A stretch of DNA of 21,444 nucleotides from a virus, in UHGV virus genome UHGV-1982450; one strand, given 5' to 3'. The notes below the pieces were generated by a model. The model was not told the origin of the DNA. It saw nothing but the letters and a program-made list of their open reading frames with translations, and did no database searches. Below are positions 1-8,023 of this stretch, in pieces. Each line of letters starts with the position of its first letter. The first letter of the stretch is position 1. The position numbers and the translations under genes are program-made.

Positions 1-35
1 AAGGCCTTTGAATAAGACAAAAGGCTGCCTCATCG

Positions 36-218
36 CTAACTTTGCAACAGTGCCCTTTTATCTCTCATAACCACCAGCGTCGATGCCGCCGGAGATTGGT
101 ATTTGAATATTCTGGCCTGCGGTGCTGGCTTTGCCTCAGAGACAGGAATAGGACGAGATTGACATGCAGTGATAAGTAACGCGGAGGCAGCAACCAGAGG
201 AAGTAATACGTGTTTCAT
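36..218 (-). CDS. small putative lipoprotein (about 60 aa)
   Basis: Lies within ORF 36..254. The internal Met at 218 gives MKHVLLPLVAASALLITAC: a basic N-terminus, a hydrophobic core and the lipobox I-T-A-C. The upstream ATG (252..254) sits inside hairpin 253..272, so the 218 start is preferred. No family recognised. Confidence 0.45.
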   Translation of the reverse strand: MKHVLLPLVAASALLITACQSRPIPVSEAKPAPQARIFKYQSPAASTLVVMRDKRALLQS

Positions 219-252
219 TGTACCGAACAAAATCCTTATCTTTACGAAAATC

Positions 253-272
253 ATGGCGCCTCAAGGCGCCAT
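253..272 (-). terminator. candidate intrinsic terminator after the 92-aa ORF
   Basis: Perfect 8-bp stem ATGGCGCC / GGCGCCAT with loop TCAA. Read on the minus strand it is followed by GATTTTCG. It lies 6 nt downstream of the stop of ORF 278..556. Confidence 0.4.
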
Positions 273-277
273 AATGC

Positions 278-556
278 TCAATCGAGGCGTTTTAGAATAT
301 CGGCCAGATCTTCTTTGGTCATACCCGAGTTTTCGTAAATCTTCATGACCTTTTCACGAGCCTTTGCAGTAGTCTCTAATGACGTAGCTATCTTATCAAA
401 ATCACCCATCGTCATATTGGACAGCACCAGATTGATGATGTCTGCCTTTGACAGTTTTATGCTGCGTTCACGCAGTCGATTCTGAAAGGTCTCTAGTTTA
501 TCGTTTGCTTTTTCGGTTAACTGAACCTGGCAGTGTATAGCGCGTTTCTCGCTCAT
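278..556 (-). CDS. hypothetical 92-aa protein, coupled to the upstream helicase gene
   Basis: The ORF starts 3 nt after the helicase ORF ends (559), on the same strand. It is charged and helical in character. No motif recognised. Confidence 0.5.
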   Translation of the reverse strand: MSEKRAIHCQVQLTEKANDKLETFQNRLRERSIKLSKADIINLVLSNMTMGDFDKIATSLETTAKAREKVMKIYENSGMTKEDLADILKRLD

Positions 557-558
557 GC

Positions 559-2118
559 TTACTCTCTATTCAAAACAGTGAAATCGAATGTGCTGCCAAC
601 CGGCAAGACCCCCTCGGCAAACCCAGGCGTCGTGTCGATAATGTGTTTCCGCTCATATGAATGCGACATGAGGTATTTGTTGCTCACGTCGATGAAGTCG
701 GTAATAAAGCACACGTTAGCCTGATTCTTTTTGGCTCGAAGACCGCGACCCACACGTTGACGCATCTCCACTTCGGCTTTGCCGCCACCACCCAGAATCA
801 CCGCGCCTACGCTTGGAACGTCGACACCAACATCCAGAATGGTTGAACCAATGAGAACATCTATCTTGCCTGCCGCCAGACTATTAAGTTTTGCTTGTCG
901 GGTAGTCTGGTTTGATTCTCCGTAGATGAAATCGACCTTCAGGCCACTCTCTTTCATCATTTCCATCAAGATCTGACCATGACGCTTCAGACGAACCAAT
1001 GTCATACAGTTCAGACCGTGACTCTTGTACATTAGCGCTTCACGCACAATAGCTTCGTTGCGGCCCAGATTATAGACGATGCCTAACTGATAGGCTTTCT
1101 GGTAAGCCGTGCTCATTCCAACCCGAAAATTCAGGTGTTTTGAAGCAAGTTCGGCTCTAATCCGCGCCTCATCTGGAGTGTACGCGATTTTATGATATAA
1201 AAAGTATGGTTTCGCTAAAATACCTCTGTCGATCAAATATTTCTCCGTTACTTTTATCTCGATGCGACCCGCAACGGCCATGAGACGCATATTTGCTTCA
1301 GTCGAGTCCTTCATGAACGGCGTAGCTGTCAGCGCCAGACGGTAGTCGGCATTGATGCACAACCGGGCGATGTCGTAGAAGTTAGAACCAGATGATTCGT
1401 GTGCCTCTTCCAGAATCAGCAGAGAAACGCTGGACAGGAAGCGTTTAACCAGTTCCCGGCGCTTCAGGTGGTACTGTTTTTTCTCCGGTGATGCGTCGCG
1501 CGGTGGCTCTTCGAGAAAACTGGCCAGGGTCTGCACCGTGGCAACGTTGATATGGCGCGAGACCTGGAACTCACCCGATCCAATCACCCCAACTCTCTGA
1601 CCTTTCAGCCACGGCTCGCCATTCTCCGCGCGGTAGTCGATGGATTTCTGGAAGTTCTCTGCCATCTGGAACATCAGAACCGATCGCGTGGTTAAAAACA
1701 GCGTCATACGACCAATGCGAGCAGCAGCCTTACACGCTACGTTCGATTTACCGCCACCCGTCGCAATCTGGGCAATCATCATCCCTTCGCGCACCAGTGT
1801 TTCCACTGTCTGATCCTGATACGCGTAGTCCGGGTTATACGGGAATGGGTTAACCACCGGATTCGGCTTACCCAGCGCGGGAGCTTTTTCCTTGCGAACA
1901 TGCACGCATTTGATGCCAGCTTTCAGAAGATTGGTCGCAACTGGCTTCGCAAACCCAGCCGGGAACGCGTTTTTACTCCAGTTGAACATCGTGCTGGTCC
2001 CTTTCCAGTCACCAGCCTCCACTTCATAGCTCAACATCTCCTGAACAAGCCGTTTCACGTTGTCATCAGCGCCAGAAATCAGCGCATTGACTGCATTTGA
2101 TACAATCCGAACAGTCAT
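559..2118 (-). CDS. SF2 (DEAD/DEAH-like, ResIII/Helicase_C type) helicase
   Basis: Walker A is IATGGGKS, motif II is LILEEAH, motif III is LTATP and motif VI is QRVGRGLR. These occur in the canonical order in a 519-aa ORF. Confidence 0.85.
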   Translation of the reverse strand: MTVRIVSNAVNALISGADDNVKRLVQEMLSYEVEAGDWKGTSTMFNWSKNAFPAGFAKPVATNLLKAGIKCVHVRKEKAPALGKPNPVVNPFPYNPDYAYQDQTVETLVREGMMIAQIATGGGKSNVACKAAARIGRMTLFLTTRSVLMFQMAENFQKSIDYRAENGEPWLKGQRVGVIGSGEFQVSRHINVATVQTLASFLEEPPRDASPEKKQYHLKRRELVKRFLSSVSLLILEEAHESSGSNFYDIARLCINADYRLALTATPFMKDSTEANMRLMAVAGRIEIKVTEKYLIDRGILAKPYFLYHKIAYTPDEARIRAELASKHLNFRVGMSTAYQKAYQLGIVYNLGRNEAIVREALMYKSHGLNCMTLVRLKRHGQILMEMMKESGLKVDFIYGESNQTTRQAKLNSLAAGKIDVLIGSTILDVGVDVPSVGAVILGGGGKAEVEMRQRVGRGLRAKKNQANVCFITDFIDVSNKYLMSHSYERKHIIDTTPGFAEGVLPVGSTFDFTVLNRE

Positions 2119-2182
2119 AAACCTCTTTCCTTCGTGCCTTTTGTATGGTAATTGGCTATTATGTTAAGTAAGTGCTTACACA

Positions 2183-2611
2183 ATGTATCGTATCAAAAAT
2201 ATGGATGTGAAAATTACGATTCTACAGGTGGAAGTCGCGAACCTGCGTCCGAACCCCTGGAATACCAACTCCGTTGGGGCGCAAAACTTCGAAAAACTGA
2301 AAGGTTCCATCGAAAAGTTGGGCTTTTTTAAGCCAATTCTGGCGCGAGAGCTGGACGGCGGCATTTTTGAGATTCTCGGTGGCGAACATCGCTGGCGTGC
2401 CGCGATGGAGCAGGGCATTTCAACGGTTCCCGTCATCTCCGTGGGCAAAATTAACGACCTGGTGGCCAAACAGATGTTCCTCGTCGACAACGAGCGCTAC
2501 GGCGAAGACGATCAGGTCGCTTTGCAGCGCTTAATCGAAGAAATCCAGTCTGAAATCGACTACCGGTTACCCGAAACTGCTGCTGGCGCCTCGCCATCGC
2601 ATGTTTCCTAA
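2183..2611 (+). CDS. ParB-like nuclease (ParB N-terminal/sulfiredoxin-like) domain protein
   Basis: Contains the signature ILGGEHRWRAA (GxxR box of the ParB N-terminal domain), preceded by LRPNPWNTN. It is transcribed divergently from the helicase gene. Confidence 0.7.
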   Translation: MYRIKNMDVKITILQVEVANLRPNPWNTNSVGAQNFEKLKGSIEKLGFFKPILARELDGGIFEILGGEHRWRAAMEQGISTVPVISVGKINDLVAKQMFLVDNERYGEDDQVALQRLIEEIQSEIDYRLPETAAGASPSHVS

Positions 2612-3251
2612 GCTGAAGCCAACCACCAATACCACCGTGGCCAACCAGTATTGGGGGCGGTACGTGAACAACAACTTTGCGGTGATCAGCCGTTCCGTTG
2701 TGGACACTCAGTACCGCGGTGTCGGCGTCTCCTATCGAATGATTAACCTGGTTAGCAGGATGCACGACCGGCCAATCATCGAGATCCAGTCGTCGATGAG
2801 CAAATACAACCCGTTCGCCATGAAAGCAGGGTTCCAGTTCATCCGTCCGGAGCGTCCGAAGAGCTATGAGAGTGCGTTGCGCGTCTTCCAGCGTCATTTC
2901 CGTTCCGACCCTGGCGACAACGAAGCGATCGTCAAAGAGCTGTTTGCCATGAGTGAGTCTCGCCGTCGTCGTGCGCTGCGTGATCTGGTCGCTGACTACC
3001 ACAAGAACAGTTCCCTGGCCAAAGCCGGGCGTAATCGTGGCACGACGATTCAGGACATTGCCGACAGCCTGGTGGACGAGGCCAGCATCGTGAAGCTGCT
3101 CAAGGACATTCACAACCTGAGCTTCACGTCTCCGCTGTATGGCGTGTACCGAAACCCGGACTTTGGTCGTCAGCTGCCGGACACGCTGCCACTGCTGGCA
3201 TTCGACAAACAGCCTTTGAATAAACCTCTTGAAATTGCATTACCGGCATAA
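2601..3251 (+). CDS. hypothetical protein with a GNAT-like C-terminal half-fold near its N-terminus
   Basis: AVISRSVVDTQYRGVGVSYRMINL resembles GNAT motif A (Q/R-x-x-G-x-G/A). The following NPFAMKAGFQFI resembles the GNAT beta-strand region. Only about 30 residues precede motif A. The ORF overlaps the upstream gene by 11 nt in the +1 frame. Confidence 0.5.
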   Translation: MFPKLKPTTNTTVANQYWGRYVNNNFAVISRSVVDTQYRGVGVSYRMINLVSRMHDRPIIEIQSSMSKYNPFAMKAGFQFIRPERPKSYESALRVFQRHFRSDPGDNEAIVKELFAMSESRRRRALRDLVADYHKNSSLAKAGRNRGTTIQDIADSLVDEASIVKLLKDIHNLSFTSPLYGVYRNPDFGRQLPDTLPLLAFDKQPLNKPLEIALPA

Positions 3252-3260
3252 GGATTTGCC

Positions 3261-3527
3261 ATGACGTTGACCGACAAACAAAAAGACATCATCAAAACCA
3301 TCAATTTAGGCCATGAGCGTGGGCATCTGCTCGATCTGGACGAGCTGCTTGAAGTGCTGCCGTACAAAACGACCAAACAGAGTATGCAGTTCTCTATCCG
3401 CGCACTGGTGAAAAAGGGGCTGGTGGAGAAAGGAATGTGCCGCCAGCGCGGTGATTCCGGCTACCACCGTCGCACGCTGGGACTGACCACGTTAGGTCGT
3501 GCCAGAGCCAAATTACTGGTGATGTAA
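3261..3527 (+). CDS. small winged-helix (MarR/wHTH-like) DNA-binding protein
   Basis: 88 aa. QSMQFSIRALVKKGLVEKG followed by a basic wing (RQRGDSGYHRRTLGLT) is typical of a wHTH recognition helix plus wing. Confidence 0.5.
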   Translation: MTLTDKQKDIIKTINLGHERGHLLDLDELLEVLPYKTTKQSMQFSIRALVKKGLVEKGMCRQRGDSGYHRRTLGLTTLGRARAKLLVM

Positions 3528-3548
3528 GTCGGTCTGGGAGCCAGTTTG

Positions 3549-3611
3549 AGAGCCTGCTTCCGTATATATAAATACTAAGTGACTTATTAAATATATACGG
3601 AAGCAGGCTCT
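3549..3611. repeat. 63-bp palindromic hairpin element, copy 1
   Basis: Perfect 21-bp arms AGAGCCTGCTTCCGTATATAT (3549..3569) and ATATATACGGAAGCAGGCTCT (3591..3611). A 26-nt stretch, ACTTATTAAATATATACGGAAGCAGG (3582..3607), is identical to 11545..11570. Confidence 0.9.
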
Positions 3612-3644
3612 GAATACTCCCCAGCCCGGTTTTAAACACCCAGA

Positions 3645-3682
3645 AAACAAATTGGTTAGGCACTGAATTAAACAAGTTGTTT
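3645..3682. promoter_or_regulatory. tandem operator-like palindromes AAACAA-N-TTGTTT upstream of terS
   Basis: 3645..3657 is AAACAAATTGGTT (one mismatch) and 3670..3682 is AAACAAGTTGTTT (perfect). Both are followed by TAGG. The same motif occurs at 9514..9526 and 12443..12455. Confidence 0.55.
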
Positions 3683-3722
3683 AGGAGCGCAAGGATGCGC
3701 TCTGAGTGTTTTAGAGGGATCT

Positions 3723-4364
3723 ATGACTATAGAAAAAGACGAGAGCAAAACTCGCCTGACACCAGCTGAGTGGGCAGAAGCCGAAGCGAAGTGGACTTCC
3801 GGCGAATACACACTCTCCAAGCTGGAGGAAGAGTACGGCATTCGTCGTGAAACGCTCTCCAGACATTTCAAAAAGCGTGGATTAGAGAAAGGCGCGGACT
3901 CCGTTGGGAAGATGGTGCGCGAGTCGCTCAAATCCGACGCAGAGCTGCGTGCGAAGGCGCGTGCAGAGAAAATCGAAGAGCGCCGGACTCGTTACGACGA
4001 TTGGGCGTTCGCACTCGGTCGTATGGTGATGCATGAGGTGGCCATAGCCAAGAAGGACGGCAGGCCACTGGCAGCCATCGAAGATGACCTGAAGAGTCTC
4101 CAGCGTGCCAGCGGCACACTCGCTAAGTGCTTCGAAATATCGTCGAAAGCGCTCGGTATGGATCGCGTGGAGAACGAGGACGACGAAATCCCGAACCTGG
4201 TATTTGGCGAACTTACGCCTTCCCAGGTGGCGCAGCTGCGTAAGGAAGATGATGAGCCGGATCTGATTGATGACGATCTGCTTGAGTCACTCGAAGAGGA
4301 AGCACTGAGCGAAGCTGAGGGCGATTCTGAAGCGTCTGGTGATGAAAGTGATGGGAGCGTCTGA
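3723..4364 (+). CDS. terS: putative terminase small subunit
   Basis: N-terminal HTH-like segment (TLSKLEEEYGIRRETLSRHFKKRG) and a very acidic C-terminus. The stop lies 2 nt before the terL start. The call is mainly positional. Confidence 0.6.
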   Translation: MTIEKDESKTRLTPAEWAEAEAKWTSGEYTLSKLEEEYGIRRETLSRHFKKRGLEKGADSVGKMVRESLKSDAELRAKARAEKIEERRTRYDDWAFALGRMVMHEVAIAKKDGRPLAAIEDDLKSLQRASGTLAKCFEISSKALGMDRVENEDDEIPNLVFGELTPSQVAQLRKEDDEPDLIDDDLLESLEEEALSEAEGDSEASGDESDGSV

Positions 4365-4366
4365 CT

Positions 4367-5623
4367 ATGGCCATCCCGTCGTCTCTGAGTCTCGTACAGC
4401 TGCATTCTGGGCAGATGCAAGTCTTCCAGTCGCCACATCGTTTCAAAGTGGTGTGTGCGGGTCGACGCTGGGGTAAATCCCGGTTGTCGATCTCCACCAT
4501 CATCCGCGCGGCAGCCAAAGAGAAGAAGCAACGTGTCTGGTATGTCGCACCGACTTACCAGATGGCTCGCCAGATCTTGTGGGATGACCTGCAGGAAGTT
4601 CTGCCGCGCAAATGGGTTCGTAAGAAAAACGACACCACGATGACCATCGTGCTGAAGAACGGCTCTGAAATCGCGCTGAAAGGTGCGGATAAGCCCGATA
4701 CGCTTCGTGGTGTGGCACTGCACTTTGTGGTGCTCGATGAATTTCAGGATATGAAGCCTGACACCTGGTACAAGGTACTGCGTCCGACACTGTCCTCCAC
4801 CCGTGGCGGTGCGCTGATCATCGGTACGCCAAAAGGCTTCTCCGAGTTCCACAAGCTGTGGACTATCGGTCAGAACAAAGATTTGCAACGCAAGGGGCAG
4901 TGGAAGAGCTGGCAGTTCGTTACGGCCGATTCTCCGTTCGTACCGAGCGCGGAAATCGAAGCAGCGAAGAACGATATGGACCCTAAATCGTTCGCACAGG
5001 AATACCTGGCCAGCTTCGAAAACATGTCCGGACGCGTTTACTACCCGTTCGACCGCAATGTGCATGTGAAGCCACTCCAGTTCAATCCGAAACTGCCGAT
5101 CTGGGTTGGTCAGGACTTCAACATCGACCCTATGTCATCGGTCATCCTGCAACCGCAGCCAAATGGTGAACTGTGGGCTGTGGACGAATTGGTGTTGTTC
5201 TCTTCTAACACGGCTGAAGTGTGTGACGAGCTGGAGCGTCGATACTGGCGCTGGAAATCTCAGGTCACTATCTTTCCTGACCCGGCAGGTGCGTATCGCC
5301 AGCACGCACGCGGCGAATCTGACGTCGACATCTTCAAAGAGAAAGGTTTCCTTCGAGTCGATTATCCGAAGAAGCACCCGCCGATCGCAGACCGTGTTAA
5401 CGCAGTGAACCGCATGTTGATGAGTGCCTCGGGCGAAACCCGGTTGTACATCGATCCGAAGTGCAAACACCTCATCGACTCGCTGGAGAAGGTGATCTAC
5501 AAGCCAGGCTCACGCGATATGGATAAGACTGGCGGCATCGAACACAGTGCGGATGCGTTGGGTTATCCGGTTCATCGTAGGTATCCGGTGAAAAATCGTG
5601 TTATTCTTGGTGGATCTAGATAG
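4367..5623 (+). CDS. terL: terminase large subunit
   Basis: Walker A is VCAGRRWGKS and Walker B is HFVVLDEF. Size (418 aa) and position between TerS-like and portal-like genes fit TerL. Confidence 0.85.
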   Translation: MAIPSSLSLVQLHSGQMQVFQSPHRFKVVCAGRRWGKSRLSISTIIRAAAKEKKQRVWYVAPTYQMARQILWDDLQEVLPRKWVRKKNDTTMTIVLKNGSEIALKGADKPDTLRGVALHFVVLDEFQDMKPDTWYKVLRPTLSSTRGGALIIGTPKGFSEFHKLWTIGQNKDLQRKGQWKSWQFVTADSPFVPSAEIEAAKNDMDPKSFAQEYLASFENMSGRVYYPFDRNVHVKPLQFNPKLPIWVGQDFNIDPMSSVILQPQPNGELWAVDELVLFSSNTAEVCDELERRYWRWKSQVTIFPDPAGAYRQHARGESDVDIFKEKGFLRVDYPKKHPPIADRVNAVNRMLMSASGETRLYIDPKCKHLIDSLEKVIYKPGSRDMDKTGGIEHSADALGYPVHRRYPVKNRVILGGSR

Positions 5624-5638
5624 GTAAGTACTTACCTA
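5621..5638. promoter_or_regulatory. perfect 18-bp palindrome TAGGTAAGTACTTACCTA at the terL/portal junction
   Basis: It starts at the terL stop codon TAG and ends 18 nt before the portal ATG. Related copies lie at 11657..11674 (2 mismatches) and 2165..2182 (4 mismatches). Confidence 0.6.
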
Positions 5639-5656
5639 AGTGGAAAGGAAAATCAA

Positions 5657-7231
5657 ATGGAATTGACTGACAAGCAAATCAAAGACCTTGTGGCACGACG
5701 CCACCCTGAATATGAGAAGAAAAAAGAACATTGGGACTTCCTCGCCAGCACCTACGCTGGCGGGCGTGCCTGGTTCAACGACAATATCTTCCGTTACTTC
5801 AAAGAGGGCGATCAGGAGTTCAAAGAGCGCCTGGAACGCGCTTATCGCTTCAACCATACGCGCGAAGTGGTAAACCTCATCAACAAATACCTCTTCAAAG
5901 AGGTCATTCACCGCAACACTGATGAAGCACCGGAGCAGATCCGCAATTTCTGGAAGCGAGCCACGCGCCAGAACGCCTCCATCGATGCGTTTATGGCGGC
6001 TATCGATCTGCAATCATCCATTTATGGCCGTATCTGGGTTGTCGTGGATAGCACGATGAACGTCGATGTTGAGTCTGTTGCAGACGAGAAGAAAAATGAT
6101 GCGCGTGCCTACGCTTACTGGATTTCGCCGCAGCAGCTGCTTGATGTTGCCTGGGATGAAGACGGCAATATGTTGTGGGCGCTGATTGTTGAAATCGCGC
6201 GCGACGACGAAGATCCGTTCACTTCAACCGGGCAGGAATACCAGCGTTACCGTCTGTGGACGCAAAACGAGTGGTATCTGTTCCGTGAAGAAGTGAAGAA
6301 GGGTTCCGGAAATAGCGGTCGCCGTCAGGCCAAAGTCGTTCTGGAGGATAGCGGCCAGCATAATCTGGGCGTGGTGCCGGTGTTCCCGGTGGATTGCATT
6401 GGTGAAAGCGAGTCTCCGTATTTTAGCCCGTCGTTGATTGACGATATTGCCTATCTTGATCGCGCCGTGGCCAACTACCTGTCGAACCTTGACGCGATTA
6501 TTCAGGATCAGACATTCAGCCAGTTAGCGATTCCGGTTCAGTCCCTGCTGCCGGGCGATGAAAACCACACCAAAGTGCTCGAAATGGGGACAAAACGTGT
6601 CTTCACCTTCGATTCTGAGAGCGGTAATCAGCCATTCTATCTGTCTCCAGACCCGAAACAGGCTCAGATGATCATCACCACGATTAAGACGGTGATTAAT
6701 GAGATCTACCATTCCGTTGGTGTGGCTGGTGAGCGAACCAAGCAGGATAACGCGCAGGGTATCGACAACTCTTCGGGGGCAGCGAAGATGTACGACTTCC
6801 AACGTATTAACAGTCTGTTGGTGACAAAAGCAGAGCGCCTCGAAAGGGCAGAACGCCAAATGATGGAGTTGGCTGCGAAATGGATGGGCATCGAATTGGA
6901 TGAAGACCACTCTCTGATCGCTTACCCGGAGAGTTTCGATATTCGTGGTCTGACTGACGAATTTGCCGTCGCTGAGAAATTGTCGCTGTTACAGGCGCCT
7001 GATTCTGTACGTCGTCATCAGATGGAAATGCTCATAGAAAAGATCTTCCCGAATATTTCCGAAGCGATGCAAAAGGAATTTAAAAAAGATCTCTTGAAAT
7101 TTCCTCTAAAAAATGCTCCTGGCGCCCTTGAAAATAAGTCAGTACTTACTTATGATTGCGATACAGTCCAAGAAAGCGGACAAGATCAACCCCGAGGGAA
7201 TGGGGACTCATCTACTCAAGAGACCGAGTGA
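5657..7231 (+). CDS. putative portal protein
   Basis: 524 aa, immediately downstream of terL, with an RBS GGAAAGGAAA. The N-terminal pattern (ERLERAYRFNHTREVVNLINKYLF) resembles what I recall of DUF4055-type portals. Not verified. Confidence 0.6.
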   Translation: MELTDKQIKDLVARRHPEYEKKKEHWDFLASTYAGGRAWFNDNIFRYFKEGDQEFKERLERAYRFNHTREVVNLINKYLFKEVIHRNTDEAPEQIRNFWKRATRQNASIDAFMAAIDLQSSIYGRIWVVVDSTMNVDVESVADEKKNDARAYAYWISPQQLLDVAWDEDGNMLWALIVEIARDDEDPFTSTGQEYQRYRLWTQNEWYLFREEVKKGSGNSGRRQAKVVLEDSGQHNLGVVPVFPVDCIGESESPYFSPSLIDDIAYLDRAVANYLSNLDAIIQDQTFSQLAIPVQSLLPGDENHTKVLEMGTKRVFTFDSESGNQPFYLSPDPKQAQMIITTIKTVINEIYHSVGVAGERTKQDNAQGIDNSSGAAKMYDFQRINSLLVTKAERLERAERQMMELAAKWMGIELDEDHSLIAYPESFDIRGLTDEFAVAEKLSLLQAPDSVRRHQMEMLIEKIFPNISEAMQKEFKKDLLKFPLKNAPGALENKSVLTYDCDTVQESGQDQPRGNGDSSTQETE

Positions 7232-7253
7232 TAAGTAACGAAAAGGTATTTCT

Positions 7254-8021
7254 ATGAATCTGTGGCAAATGCTTATGGCCCGTCGTGGCCTGATGGATGT
7301 AGCCGAAGCGCATGAGCGCGGCGGCGCTGGTGGCGGTGCTCCTGCTGGAGACAATGAGCAGAGCATTCAAGACCCAGGCAAACAGGGCGAGCAAAAAGAG
7401 CAACCGAAGGGTGACGACGATGAGTATGCCGGTATGACTCAGGAAGAGTTGCTGGCAGAACTGCGTAAGTCTAAGAAAGCCGGTGCTGATCTGTTGAAAG
7501 AGAACATGAAGCGCAAGGAGAAAGAGCGCACATTGGCCGATCAGCTGGCTCAGTACGGTGATATTGACCCGACGCGTGCTCGTCAGCTTCTCGAAGCTGA
7601 ACAAGCCGCAGAAACCGCACGTCGGGAGGCGGAGCAGGCTGAACTGGAACGTCGTGGTGAGTTCGATGCTGTGAAAAAGCAGATGATCGAAGCACACCAG
7701 ACTGAACTGGCACAGCGCGACGAACGCTACTCCGCTCTGGAGAGCGAGAACGCCGCACTGAAGGCTCAACTGGTCGAAATGACTGTTGGTGTTTCCTTCA
7801 GCAGTTCTGCTTTCCTGCGTGACAAAGTTCTGATGACTCCGGCTATTGGCCTTGCACAAATTGCTGACGTTATGCCTCAAGTTTCTGCCGCAATGGATAA
7901 AGCGCAAGGCAATATCTCCAGTGGAGATACGGTACGCATCATCTTTGGCGTAGCTACCATTCTTGTGGCAGCATTCATTGCCTGGTCCCAGGTTCGCAAG
8001 CACCAGAAAGGATTAGTGTAA
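7254..8021 (+). CDS. coiled-coil, E/Q/A-rich protein with a C-terminal transmembrane helix
   Basis: Long heptad-like acidic segment (EQAAETARREAEQAELERRGE...) and a C-terminal hydrophobic stretch IIFGVATILVAAFIAWSQV. It occupies the scaffold position after the portal, but a TM anchor is atypical for a scaffold. Confidence 0.5.
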   Translation: MNLWQMLMARRGLMDVAEAHERGGAGGGAPAGDNEQSIQDPGKQGEQKEQPKGDDDEYAGMTQEELLAELRKSKKAGADLLKENMKRKEKERTLADQLAQYGDIDPTRARQLLEAEQAAETARREAEQAELERRGEFDAVKKQMIEAHQTELAQRDERYSALESENAALKAQLVEMTVGVSFSSSAFLRDKVLMTPAIGLAQIADVMPQVSAAMDKAQGNISSGDTVRIIFGVATILVAAFIAWSQVRKHQKGLV

Positions 8022-8023
8022 GT

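Noticed and set aside
168-181. 14-mer AGTGATAAGTAACG repeated at 168..181 and 7227..7240
   Set aside because: Roughly one exact 14-mer repeat is expected by chance in about 21 kb on two strands. One copy is inside a coding region and the contexts do not match further.
2451-3113. 220-aa minus-strand ORF antisense to 2183..3251
   Set aside because: It lies entirely antisense to two plus-strand ORFs with recognisable motifs. Its composition (R/T/G/V-rich, no motifs) is typical of shadow ORFs in GC-rich coding DNA.
3992-5065. 357-aa minus-strand ORF antisense to terS/terL, plus the smaller 3928..4119, 4213..4518, 4500..4790 and 5135..5470 ORFs
   Set aside because: These are antisense or alternative-frame shadows of the terminase genes, which carry clear Walker motifs. 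The products are low-complexity and S/R-rich.
7212-8003. 263-aa minus-strand ORF mirroring 7254..8021
   Set aside because: The plus-strand ORF fits the operon (RBS, tight spacing, stop 2 nt before the next ATG). The minus-strand product is Cys/Leu-rich with no start context, so it is probably a shadow of the repetitive GAA/GCA-rich coding strand.
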